Below, one piece after another: positions 17,289 through 26,765 of a stretch of DNA of 64,000 nt. The position numbers and the translations under genes are program-made. The first letter of the stretch is position 1; the number at the start of each line of letters is the position of its first letter. Source of the DNA: an uncultured Acidobacteriaceae bacterium (lineage in GTDB: Bacteria; Acidobacteriota; Terriglobia; Terriglobales; Acidobacteriaceae); NCBI GenBank assembly GCA_963705265.1, contig OY970064.1:5193390-5257389 (forward strand). Reading direction: 5' to 3'. The notes beneath the pieces are model-generated. The model saw nothing but the letters and a program-made list of their open reading frames with translations, was not told where the DNA came from and searched no databases.

Positions 17289-19607
17289 TTATTTGTTCAC
17301 CGCGAACGTAGGCCACGCGCCATTTCTCAGCATGTAATATTCATTGACTGGGCGATCGTCGCGCATGGTAGGCGCATCCGGATTCGCAGCGAGTATGCGG
17401 TCAATTGAAACTTCCTGCTTTAGGATCGCAGCAAATTGCTGTTCAGCAGTTGGGAACGGTCCCCATTCCACCAGGTCGGCAGCTGCGCTCGCTGGCATGC
17501 GTTCTGCTAATTCAGCCGCCGATCGATTCGGAATCGGCTGGCGGCTGGCAAGATAATGGATTCCCCAACCTTCGATCGAAGTAAACGCGCGAATGTAGGG
17601 GAATGATTCTTTCAAAGCCCGCGCGATGGCGACGGTCGTCGTCAGATCTCCGCCTGGAAACCACTGCGCTAAGATGCCGTCCGGCCGCAAGCGCTTCTGC
17701 GCGGCGGAATAGAACTCACGCGAGTAGAGCAAGCTTGAGCCGGCGGCTTGAATCGGCGGAGGCGGATCGATGACGATCACATCGTATTGTCCGCCAGTCC
17801 GCTCCAAAAAACGCCGGCCATCGTCAACAACGACCTTTGAATGTGGCGACTTCAGCAGCTCCGCGCCATCCGCGTGAAAGTACCAGAACAGGGCTGGAAC
17901 GCTCGGGATAAGGTCCACCGCCGTCGAATCGATGCCCCAAGACAGCATGGAACGGTGGGTCGTTCCCATGCCAAAACAAACGACCAATGCATTCTGAGGA
18001 GCATGATCCAGGAATGCCAGAGGCAAGGACGCCATCACTTTGGTGGTAGGCGTAAGGATGGTCATGCTCACCCCGTTGACCAGCAGCCGCTTCTGCCTAT
18101 CCACGCCAGTTGCGATGACGGTTGCCGTGCTGTCCCGGCGTACTTGGGCTTTAGGAACCTCGTCTTCATAGCTTTGTGTCAGGAATATCAACCCAAGCGA
18201 CGCCGATAAGATTGTGCCAAAAACTATCACACGCTGTGCCGTGAGACGTGACCCAGAGCCCGGCTGCCGGAACAACATCATCGACGCAGCCACCAGCAAC
18301 CACGGTAATGCCATCGCCACCAGACAGTAACGCTCATCGAGATAGGGCAGCAAAACAAAGCCTGCAAAAAGCGGACCCAGGATGCAGCCGGAAACATTCA
18401 CCGCATAGCCGATTCCGGCCTGATTGGGATCGCCTTGCGAGAAACGGTCGACCAGCATCGGAGTCAGAAACCCCAGAAGACCGCTGAACACGGCGATACC
18501 TAGAGGCACGCGCAGCGGCCCCGAAATCTCAAGACGCGTGTCCGCGGTGAGCAGGGGGAGCAAAGAAGCGAGCCAGACGAACAGCCAGATTAAATATCCC
18601 TCAGTGGTGCGGCGGCAGCTCCAGAGCCGGTAGAAGCTTGACCCGGTAAACGTAGCGGCCAGGTAAACAGCCAGAATGGCGGCGAAGGAATAGACGAATG
18701 TGCCGACATAGGGCGTGAACTGCCGGATCCACACCACCTCCATGCCCATGCTGGTGAACCCAGTCGCAAAAAGCAACCAGAGGGTGCCACTCCCAAGCAT
18801 CTGACGTAACGCAGGTGAAACCTGGTCAGCGGCATCCTGTTCGGCTTCGTGATTGTTGTTGCCACTTAATCGTGGTATTTGCCTGCGCGCAAGCACGAGA
18901 GCAACGCCACAGATTGCAAGATTGAGGAGCATCCCAACCCGCAGGGTACCGGTGAAACCGAACACCTCAACCAACAGCAGCGGAATCAGCGCACCGGTCA
19001 CAGCGCCGAATACATTTGCAAGATAAAGAAAGCTGAATGACCGTAGCGACTCGGGCCGATTGTAGCTGCGGAGGGCAAACATCCCCAGCGGGATGGTCGC
19101 GCCCATGCACGCACACCACGGAATCAAACTAAATGCCAGCCAGAGCCCGGCGGCAATATAGTAGCCAGCGGATGAGAGCGACAGGCTGTTCTCCAGGTGC
19201 TCCAGCAGGAAGCGGCCAGTCCGCAGTTCCCAAGGCACGATTACGGCAGAACATCCAATCAATAACTCGGCGATGGCGTAGGGGCGCAATGGGCGAGATA
19301 TAAAACGCTGTCCATACTTGCGCACCAAGTGTCCTGAGCCCCAGGAGCCGACGCCCAATCCTGCCATGAAGCTCGATAGCACAATCGACACCATGGCCGT
19401 GGTGACGCCGAATTGCGCCATGGCCAGACGAAGCCAGATCAGCTCATAAAGGATGCTGCAGAACCCGGACGTGTAGAAGAAGTAGAAATACCATCTCCGA
19501 CCGATAACGGCGCCAGTTGCTTCTGTTGGGTGTTTCGCCGTAGCCGTTGTCGAAGAAGGTCGTATGGAACGAGTCTCCGCCGCGTTCGGCATAATCTCAA
19601 TGCTCAC
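17289..19607 (-). CDS. Fused polytopic membrane domain / spermidine synthase-like protein
   Basis: About 12 hydrophobic segments in the N-terminal 450 aa. The C-terminal domain has ALVVCFGMGTT and YDVIVIDPPPPIQAAGSSLLYSREFY (aminopropyltransferase-like). The start may be GTG 19607 or ATG 19592. Confidence 0.75.
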   Translation of the reverse strand: MSIEIMPNAAETRSIRPSSTTATAKHPTEATGAVIGRRWYFYFFYTSGFCSILYELIWLRLAMAQFGVTTAMVSIVLSSFMAGLGVGSWGSGHLVRKYGQRFISRPLRPYAIAELLIGCSAVIVPWELRTGRFLLEHLENSLSLSSAGYYIAAGLWLAFSLIPWCACMGATIPLGMFALRSYNRPESLRSFSFLYLANVFGAVTGALIPLLLVEVFGFTGTLRVGMLLNLAICGVALVLARRQIPRLSGNNNHEAEQDAADQVSPALRQMLGSGTLWLLFATGFTSMGMEVVWIRQFTPYVGTFVYSFAAILAVYLAATFTGSSFYRLWSCRRTTEGYLIWLFVWLASLLPLLTADTRLEISGPLRVPLGIAVFSGLLGFLTPMLVDRFSQGDPNQAGIGYAVNVSGCILGPLFAGFVLLPYLDERYCLVAMALPWLLVAASMMLFRQPGSGSRLTAQRVIVFGTILSASLGLIFLTQSYEDEVPKAQVRRDSTATVIATGVDRQKRLLVNGVSMTILTPTTKVMASLPLAFLDHAPQNALVVCFGMGTTHRSMLSWGIDSTAVDLIPSVPALFWYFHADGAELLKSPHSKVVVDDGRRFLERTGGQYDVIVIDPPPPIQAAGSSLLYSREFYSAAQKRLRPDGILAQWFPGGDLTTTVAIARALKESFPYIRAFTSIEGWGIHYLASRQPIPNRSAAELAERMPASAAADLVEWGPFPTAEQQFAAILKQEVSIDRILAANPDAPTMRDDRPVNEYYMLRNGAWPTFAVNK

Positions 19608-20346
19608 AGATGACTCCGTTGTACCACGAAACTCAAATCAGGCGGCTCATGGTTCTGCGGTTCGTTGTTCCTTAAGAACAAACTCGAGCGAATGCTCGCA
19701 CAAGTCTCGCAGACAGTTACAGAGCAACCGCAGAAACAACTCGGCGTCAGGGTAACGAAAGTCATTAGTCCTTCACACAGAAACCGCGCATGGGTCGCCC
19801 GCCCCCTGCGTCGAGCAAGGGAGTGAAAATGTGTTTCTTGCACGAAGAGATAAACGCGATCCATTTTGCCAATAAGGCGAATAGGGCTGAGGAGGAGCAC
19901 AATCACTCAATCACCACTAAATATGAACGCAAGAAAATCGTCAGAGAAAGATTCGTTGTGAACTTTTCAGAATTGGGGCAACCGCGTAATTCCATGTCAA
20001 AGACCCGCGCGCGAGCGTCCATGACCTTCGGGAATCTTGTTCGTGAGAAGTTGCTTGACCTAGTCTCGATGTTGGAGTCCATTCGCTGTCCCCGTCCGCT
20101 CGATTCGGGGGCCCCCCAGCTAGCAGCTTGGAACCAAAAGAAGGCTTTTCCCCTGCAAGGGGACTGCCCCTATATCTGCATGGATGCGCGTAAGTGTACA
20201 CAATGACGCGCATAACCGGTGTGGGCATCCGGGCAATCTGGACGAATGTGGGATTGGCGAAGTTATGGATTTAGACGCCCCTGTCTAGCGTGATTGACGC
20301 GGGCAGAGCATCGTGACGTAAAGATGCTCTTAAGGGAGAACTAATA

Positions 20347-21171
20347 ATGAGCCCACAGATTGCAAAAAGGTATTTTTCCCTCTTCACATTCATCTTTACT
20401 CTCATTGCCACGGCGTTTCTTTCCGCCCAGAGCAACTACAAGGTCGTCACCGTCTCCAACGGTGGGACAGTCTCCGGCACCGTGAAATGGTCAGGCCCAG
20501 TGCCACATCTGGCCGAATTTCCCATTACCAAGGATCCAGAGGTCTGCGACCCCGACTCGAAGAAGACGGTTGATCTGGAACGTTTGATCGTTGGGCCGCA
20601 AGAAGGCGTCGCCAATACCATCGTCTATCTCAAGAACATCACTAGTGGAAAAGCGATTGACCTACCCATGCAACGACGTCATCTCGATCAAAAGCGATGC
20701 CACTACATCCCACACATTTTGCTCGTCCCGGAGAATACAGAACTGCAAATGCAGAGTTCCGACGCCACACTGCACACCATCCATATGGAAGGCGCGGCCA
20801 CCTTCAACCTGCCTTTCCCGTTCGCGAACCAAGTCACATCTCGTACCATGTCGACGCCGGGGCTGGTCACTCTAAGATGTAACGGAGGCCATGTCTGGAT
20901 GAGCGCTGAAATGATGGTTGTACAGCATCCTTACTATGCGGTTACCGATGAGAGTGGGAAATTTGAGTTTACCGATGTGCCTCCTGGAACTTATCAGATC
21001 GTGGCTTGGCATGAGGGCTGGGGCCATGTTGGGAAAGAGCAAGTCTACGACGTTTTGTCGCAACACAAGGTCGACCGACCTCTCTTCACGGAGCCAAAGA
21101 CCTGGGAAAAATCGGTCACGGTCACTCCAAGCAACACCAGCGTCGTCAACTTTACGATTTCTGGGAAATGA
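20347..21171 (+). CDS. Secreted cupredoxin-like protein with a C-terminal carboxypeptidase-regulatory-like beta-sandwich
   Basis: Signal peptide. Candidate type-1 Cu ligands are LHTIH and RCNGGHVWM (C-x3-H-x2-M). AVTDESGKFEFTDVPPGTYQIVAWHEGWG follows. GGGAG lies upstream of the ATG. Confidence 0.5.
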   Translation: MSPQIAKRYFSLFTFIFTLIATAFLSAQSNYKVVTVSNGGTVSGTVKWSGPVPHLAEFPITKDPEVCDPDSKKTVDLERLIVGPQEGVANTIVYLKNITSGKAIDLPMQRRHLDQKRCHYIPHILLVPENTELQMQSSDATLHTIHMEGAATFNLPFPFANQVTSRTMSTPGLVTLRCNGGHVWMSAEMMVVQHPYYAVTDESGKFEFTDVPPGTYQIVAWHEGWGHVGKEQVYDVLSQHKVDRPLFTEPKTWEKSVTVTPSNTSVVNFTISGK

Positions 21172-21191
21172 TCGGCTGAATATCTGAAAGT

Positions 21192-21228
21192 GCCCGTCCA
21201 GGCTTCACATGGGCGGGCTTTGTTTTTC
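21192..21228 (+). terminator. Rho-independent terminator after the cupredoxin-like gene
   Basis: GCCCGTCC..loop..GGGCGGGC followed by TTTGTTTTT. Confidence 0.65.
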
Positions 21229-21393
21229 ACATCATAAAGTCGGGATGGACGAACTAACGTCCGACTCTTCACTTACGTCTCTGCGCCCGATAAACCCTGA
21301 AGCCAGTTCCATTTATAATCCTTATTTACAATCTTGGTTTCGGCTCACCACCGTAGTCCAGCTGGACTAACTTCGGCAACACAAGGCGAAAAC

Positions 21394-23205
21394 GTGCTCG
21401 ATTTTTTAGGCGATCTCAGACGAACTCATATGTGCGGGGCTCTCCGGCCCTCCGACGCCGGCAAAAAAGCGGTGCTCATGGGATGGGTAAACCGGCGTCG
21501 CGACCTCGGACAGATCATCTTCGTCGATCTCCGCGACCGCACGGGAGTGACCCAGGTAGTGTTCAATCATGAACTGAATGCCGCCGTTCACCAAAAAGCA
21601 GAATCGCTGCGCAACGAATTTGTGATCGCAGCCATCGGAACCGTGAAGCGCCGCGACGCCGACACCATCAATCCCAATATTCCAACCGGCGAAGTGGAAT
21701 TGGTGGTAGAAGAGCTGCGCATTCTGAACGTGTCCAAGCCATTGCCTTTTCTGCCATCAGACACGGTTCTCGCCAACGAAGAAATGCGCCTGAAATATCG
21801 CTATATCGATCTGCGCCGCGACGCCATGCAGTTCAATATTGAACTGCGGCACAAAGTAGCGCTCGCCATCCGGGACAACCTTGCATCGCAAGGCTTCTTC
21901 GAAATAGAAACCCCGTTCATGACTCGTTCCACGCCCGAAGGCGCGCGCGACTATCTCGTTCCTAGCCGGGTACAACCGGGGTCTTTCTACGCGCTGCCGC
22001 AGTCGCCGCAACTATTCAAGCAGATATTAATGATCTCCGGCTTCGACAAATATTTTCAGATCGTGCGTTGCTTCCGGGACGAAGACCTGCGAGCCGACCG
22101 CCAACCCGAATTTACTCAGATCGATCTTGAGATGAGCTATCCGCAACCGGAGCGGGTTTGGGAAGTGGTCGAGAGCTTCCTGACCGCGGCATTTAAAGCG
22201 GCCGGGCATGAGATCGAAACGCCTTTCCTACGTATGGATTTCGATGACGCCATCCGCCAATATGGCATCGACAAGCCCGACCTGCGCATACCTGCTTTCA
22301 CCGACGTACGCGATTGCTTCACGCCAGCGGATCTGGAGCAGTTGGCAATCAATAAAGAGCTGCCGGTAATTGCGATTCGCATTCCGAAGGTGGGCGAGCT
22401 TTCACGCAAAGAACGTGACGACATTAAGCAACTGTTTGTTTCAAAGGGTGGAGCGCGAGTCTTTGAAGACTTCAAGCGTATAGAAAACAAGTTCCCCGAG
22501 GCGGGGGCCAAGGTCCGCGAAAAAGCAGGAGCCGCGGCAGACGATCTGCTGGTGCTGGTAGTGGGCTCGGCGCAATCGGGAGGAGACACGCATCCAGCCA
22601 GCAAGCGCAAAGTGACGCCAGCAGAATTAGCGATCTATGCCTCGGCTGGATTGCTGCGCGTAGCTCTGGCGCAGAAATATTCCGATCGTCACCAGCTTTT
22701 CCAGAAAGGCGACTACCGTTTTCTGTGGGTAACGAACTTCCCGATGTTCGAGTACGACGAAGGCGAAAAGCGCTGGATGGCCGCGCATCATCCGTTCACC
22801 TCTCCTCATGATGAGGACATGGACAAACTGGAAAGCGATCCCGCGATGGTGCGAGCGCTGGCCTACGACGTGGTGCTGAACGGAACGGAGTTGGGCTCGG
22901 GCTCGATTCGTATTCACCGGCAGGATGTGCAGAGCAGAATCTTCCATGCCCTCGGCATGACAGAAGAGGAAGCTCGCTCGCGCTTTGGCTTCTTCCTCGA
23001 AGCGCTTGAATATGGCACGCCTCCGCACGGCGGGATCGCGCTTGGTCTCGATCGTATCGTGATGATTCTGGCGGGAGCAGATAGTCTGCGAGAAGTGATT
23101 CCCTTTCCCAAAACCGCCGCCGCTAAAGACTTAATGATGGAAGCGCCCACGCCCGTAGCGGATAGCCAGTTGCGGGAGCTGGGGATTGGAATCGTGAAGA
23201 AATAG
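21394..23205 (+). CDS. aspS: Aspartate--tRNA ligase
   Basis: RRTHMCGALR..VLMGWVNRRRDLGQIIFVDLRDRTG, FYALPQSPQLFKQ, FRDEDLRADRQPEFTQID and GGIALGLDR. The start is uncertain: GTG 21394 is preferred, and the track gives TTG 21334. Confidence 0.9.
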   Translation: MLDFLGDLRRTHMCGALRPSDAGKKAVLMGWVNRRRDLGQIIFVDLRDRTGVTQVVFNHELNAAVHQKAESLRNEFVIAAIGTVKRRDADTINPNIPTGEVELVVEELRILNVSKPLPFLPSDTVLANEEMRLKYRYIDLRRDAMQFNIELRHKVALAIRDNLASQGFFEIETPFMTRSTPEGARDYLVPSRVQPGSFYALPQSPQLFKQILMISGFDKYFQIVRCFRDEDLRADRQPEFTQIDLEMSYPQPERVWEVVESFLTAAFKAAGHEIETPFLRMDFDDAIRQYGIDKPDLRIPAFTDVRDCFTPADLEQLAINKELPVIAIRIPKVGELSRKERDDIKQLFVSKGGARVFEDFKRIENKFPEAGAKVREKAGAAADDLLVLVVGSAQSGGDTHPASKRKVTPAELAIYASAGLLRVALAQKYSDRHQLFQKGDYRFLWVTNFPMFEYDEGEKRWMAAHHPFTSPHDEDMDKLESDPAMVRALAYDVVLNGTELGSGSIRIHRQDVQSRIFHALGMTEEEARSRFGFFLEALEYGTPPHGGIALGLDRIVMILAGADSLREVIPFPKTAAAKDLMMEAPTPVADSQLRELGIGIVKK

Positions 23206-23339
23206 GCGCGTCATGAAGAAGAGGCTTGCCGCGCAACTACAGTGAATACGGCAGTGTCAGAACTGGACCAGGGAGCTATACTCACTCCGTGGGTTGAGTG
23301 ATTGAAGTTTGAACATCCAAATATCCTCAGGAGAACAAT

Positions 23340-23639
23340 ATGAAAACACTGATAGCAATCTGTTTTGCAATGGCCCTCCTAAACGTGGGAGTAGCTTCGG
23401 CTCAGGACACGATGAACAATGACACGATGAAAGCCGATGCTCCCAAGAAAACTATGGACGTCAAAGGCAAAATCAGCGATGACGGTAAGATGTTCGTCAG
23501 TGATAAGGACAGCAAGAGCTGGACCATCGTCAACCCGGACGCAGTCAAAGGCCATGAGGGACACCACGTCATTCTGACGGCACATGTTTATCCGGACAAG
23601 AACGAAGTGCACGTCATGTCGCTTAAGATGGCAAAGTAA
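23340..23639 (+). CDS. Small secreted protein, His-rich (hypothetical)
   Basis: Signal peptide MKTLIAICFAMALLNVGVASA with AGGAG upstream and a strong terminator downstream. Contains KGHEGHHVILTAHVYP. Confidence 0.6.
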   Translation: MKTLIAICFAMALLNVGVASAQDTMNNDTMKADAPKKTMDVKGKISDDGKMFVSDKDSKSWTIVNPDAVKGHEGHHVILTAHVYPDKNEVHVMSLKMAK

Positions 23640-23685
23640 CTCTTCTGCCAAGCGGAAGCATGTAAACATTCAGGCGATCGAACTG

Positions 23686-23713
23686 TGCCGGCGCACCAAA
23701 CGCCGGCATTTTC
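23686..23713 (+). terminator. Rho-independent terminator
   Basis: TGCCGGCG CACCAAA CGCCGGCA followed by TTTTC. Confidence 0.8.
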
Positions 23714-23791
23714 TATGACGCAAATAGCTGGGATAGACAAGAGCTAAACGCGCCACAGCATCGTACAATTCACGGAACTGCTCGCAAGAGA

Positions 23792-25702
23792 ATGACGACT
23801 CCTTTTCAGCTCGACGATTTGCTGGCGCTCGAGCCCGGCGACTCACGTGAAAGAGCTACCTGGGTTTATGGTGCGCTTCGATATTTTCTCGATGTGCCTG
23901 CAGCATCGCGGACCGATAGTCTTCTACAGTTCACCTCGGAGATTGATGCTCATCCCCGCCGGCAGGAAATTCGCGATATCTTTCATGAATTCTGGTCACA
24001 CCATTCTTATGTTCGTGTGATTTCCGAAGCGGGATTGCCCGACCAGGTATTTTTGCTACGCGAACTGCTGGCGCGAGCGCTCTGGCACCTGATGCCGGTC
24101 GATGAAGTTCAAGGAGACCTCTATATTTTGTTGGACTCGCTGAATGTCAGCGAGGCCGACGCCCAGTGGGTGGCTTCAGTTCCAGATTCGCTGGCGGATT
24201 GGTGGACCGATATTTTTCGGCCTTCGCCAACTTCAATTCTCGCTTCCTCCAAGCTTTTGGCGCTGCGGGCAACGCACGTTGCCCTGGCGCGCGATTTTCT
24301 GATTCTGGCGAATGATGAAGACGTCACCAAATCTAGCTTCTTTGACCTCCCTGCTTTGGTGGCGCATGTGGCTCAGCACCCTGAGGACTATGCGCAATGG
24401 GAGACGCGGCGAGAAGCCTGCGAAGCGCAGCTGTTGGAGAATACGCAACTGCTCGAAGAAAGAGGCTCGTCGGCCAGCCTGGTGTTCCGGGTTCGTCTGC
24501 TGCGATCTCTCTTGTTTCGAATTCAGCAAGTGCTCAACTTGCAGCGCGCGGATTCCGATTCGCGGAAGTTTGCCGTCTCCATTGTGCATGGCTTTGCAAC
24601 CCAGCGCAAAATTCGGAGCGTGATCAGCGCCAGTACGCGCCGCCTGGCGCGCAGCGTGGTCGAGAAAACGGGGCGAGTTGGAAAGCATTACATCGCTGGC
24701 AACACCGCGCAATGGAAAACAATGGGCTGGGGAGCCATCATGGCCGGCATGATCACCTGCTTCACAGCGCTCTTCAAATATTCAATTTCAGCAACCATTC
24801 ACGCGCCTTTCCTGGTTGCGATTGGCCATTCATTGAATTATGTGGTGAGTTTTTTATTGATGCAGGCGGGAGGGTTTTTGCTGGCATCGAAGATGCCCTC
24901 GGCCACGGCAGCCACTCTGGTCGATGCCATGGAAGATCCCGATAAAGATCATATGGCGAGCTTGCAGGCTATTTCACAGACACAAACTCTGGTCACGATT
25001 GGAAATCTGATTGGCGCGGTACTGTCTTCAATCGCGGTCGATCGAATCTGGGATGCGGTTACCGGACATCCTTTTCTTACGCCCGAAGAGGCTGAACACG
25101 GCATCCATATGCTCTTCCCGCTCCATTCGCTGACCATACCTTTCGCCATTGTCACAGGTGTTTTTCTCTGGCTCTCCTCACTCGCCACCGGCTGGACGGC
25201 GAACTATGTGGCGCTCACGCGAATGGAATCCGCCATTGCGAAAAGTCTGCGGATTCGTCGCCGGCTGGGACCAACGCGCGCGAACTGGATTGCTCACTGG
25301 GTGAAACATCACGCCGCGGGCTCGGTCGGATACATCGTTCTCGGATTTCTACTAGGTTCGGTCCCCATTCTGGTTTCACTTTTTGGAATCCCGCTGGAGG
25401 TGCGCCACGTCACTCTGGGCGCAGCCAGCCTCGGCTATGCTCTAGACGCGGCTCGACTGAGTGGCGAATTGAGACGCTCCGACGTGCTGTTGTCTTTCAC
25501 CGGCATCTTATTAGTTGGAGTATTCAACATCATTACTTCGTTTGTGCTCAGCTTCTTGTTAGCGGTACGCGCTCGCGACATCGGCGCGGCAAAAGCGCGC
25601 CGCTTTCTGAAAGAAGTTGGAGCTAAGCTGGTGACTGATCCAGTTACGTTTTTGCTGCCCAGATTCGATTATTCGATGAATAACGATAACGAGCACGCCT
25701 GA
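23792..25702 (+). CDS. Large polytopic membrane protein, possibly of the family annotated as 'site-specific recombinase' transmembrane proteins (PF10136-like)
   Basis: The N-terminal soluble part (..EAGLPDQVFLLRELLARALWHLMP..ADAQWVASVPD..) and 6 or more C-terminal TM helices resemble my recollection of that family. Not verifiable here. Confidence 0.4.
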   Translation: MTTPFQLDDLLALEPGDSRERATWVYGALRYFLDVPAASRTDSLLQFTSEIDAHPRRQEIRDIFHEFWSHHSYVRVISEAGLPDQVFLLRELLARALWHLMPVDEVQGDLYILLDSLNVSEADAQWVASVPDSLADWWTDIFRPSPTSILASSKLLALRATHVALARDFLILANDEDVTKSSFFDLPALVAHVAQHPEDYAQWETRREACEAQLLENTQLLEERGSSASLVFRVRLLRSLLFRIQQVLNLQRADSDSRKFAVSIVHGFATQRKIRSVISASTRRLARSVVEKTGRVGKHYIAGNTAQWKTMGWGAIMAGMITCFTALFKYSISATIHAPFLVAIGHSLNYVVSFLLMQAGGFLLASKMPSATAATLVDAMEDPDKDHMASLQAISQTQTLVTIGNLIGAVLSSIAVDRIWDAVTGHPFLTPEEAEHGIHMLFPLHSLTIPFAIVTGVFLWLSSLATGWTANYVALTRMESAIAKSLRIRRRLGPTRANWIAHWVKHHAAGSVGYIVLGFLLGSVPILVSLFGIPLEVRHVTLGAASLGYALDAARLSGELRRSDVLLSFTGILLVGVFNIITSFVLSFLLAVRARDIGAAKARRFLKEVGAKLVTDPVTFLLPRFDYSMNNDNEHA

Positions 25703-25753
25703 CGCCTTCACGCGCTCTCACATTCCTAACTCGCCTTCGGCCTCGACGAAAAA

Positions 25754-26626
25754 TTAGGCAGCCTTCGCTTGAATGGCTTTTATCAAGCTCACCGTCGTGT
25801 CGACGTCAATGCCATGACGTTCCCCGCCGCGCACAATCGGGCCGCCAATAGCATCCAACTCCAGCTGACGGCCGGCGGCAAGATCCTTCTGCATCGAGCT
25901 GCGCATGCCCGGAGGCGAGTTGGCAAAAACCGCGTCGATCTGGAGCGCGTCAATCTCCGCGCCGCTAGCGTTCGCCACCGCGGAAGCCTCGGAAACTGCA
26001 GCGGTCAACTTCGGTTTCCAGGCAGCATCCGCCAAAATCTCTCCAACGTTCATTCCCGATGCCGAAGTTACTAACGCGAACGGCCCAAGGAAACAAAGCT
26101 TGCCCCAGAGCAATGTCTGCTCGTTCGCAATAAATCGGCAGTTAAATCCAAGATTGCCCAACCGTATAATGATGGCTCCTAGAAGCGATTCACCACTGGC
26201 GGCGAGATTGAGGCGAACAACTGGAGAGCGCTGGATGAATCTTCCCGGCGCCACACTTTCCGCCTCCACCGCGATCGTTCCAGGGACGACCTGATCCTGT
26301 CCAAGTCGTGCACGGAGCACCGCAACGTGATCCACACCGTTGAGCAGCGGAACAATGCACCTCGGCGCTATCTTCACAGAATCCAGCGCGTTTTGCAGTT
26401 GGTAAGTTTTGGTTGCGATCCACAATACATCAACCGCTTCTATCAGCGAGGACACAGCTTTCGCCGGCGCCGTAAGTGAGCCCGCGGGACGCTCCAAAAC
26501 CAAGCTCGTGGGGTAACTCGACAACTTGTCAGCGCGAACGATCACGGTGACCTCTTCGCCAAGCGACGACAGCATCGCGCCTACTAACCCTCCGATCGCT
26601 CCTGCACCCAAGATTGCATGCTTCAT
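25754..26626 (-). CDS. 2-dehydropantoate 2-reductase family (ApbA/PanE) oxidoreductase
   Basis: MKHAILGAGAIGG Rossmann motif, ..TKTYQ..LLNGV..LLWGKLCF..SSMQKDLAAGRQLELDAI. Confidence 0.75.
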   Translation of the reverse strand: MKHAILGAGAIGGLVGAMLSSLGEEVTVIVRADKLSSYPTSLVLERPAGSLTAPAKAVSSLIEAVDVLWIATKTYQLQNALDSVKIAPRCIVPLLNGVDHVAVLRARLGQDQVVPGTIAVEAESVAPGRFIQRSPVVRLNLAASGESLLGAIIIRLGNLGFNCRFIANEQTLLWGKLCFLGPFALVTSASGMNVGEILADAAWKPKLTAAVSEASAVANASGAEIDALQIDAVFANSPPGMRSSMQKDLAAGRQLELDAIGGPIVRGGERHGIDVDTTVSLIKAIQAKAA

Positions 26627-26723
26627 CTGAGCACTCCCTGGAAAATATACGATACGGTAGATTTGGATGCCACAACCGCCAAGGTCGACCCGCCTTTACG
26701 CTACACCCAAGAATCTGTCACAC

Positions 26724-26765
26724 TGAGCTCTGACTAGTGACCTCTGACCTCGATCCGCTGACTTC
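26724..26765. repeat. Tract of 6 heptamers (TGACYNN) ending at the mutL ATG
   Basis: TGAGCTC TGACTAG TGACCTC TGACCTC GATCCGC TGACTTC|ATG. Confidence 0.65.

Noticed and set aside
19790-20228. Two overlapping ORFs (138 aa plus strand, 95 aa minus strand) in the 740-bp gap
   Set aside because: They are mutually exclusive and have no SD, no motif and odd composition. I kept the region as non-coding of unknown function instead.
19608-20346. Possible tmRNA, RNase P RNA, 6S RNA or tRNA
   Set aside because: I looked for GGGG..ATTCGAC 5' ends with a ..TCCACCA 3' end, for GAGGAAAGTCC and ACAGAA..CGGCTTA blocks, and for GGTTCGA(A/T)TCC T-loops on both strands. None was present. The same negative result holds for the whole window.
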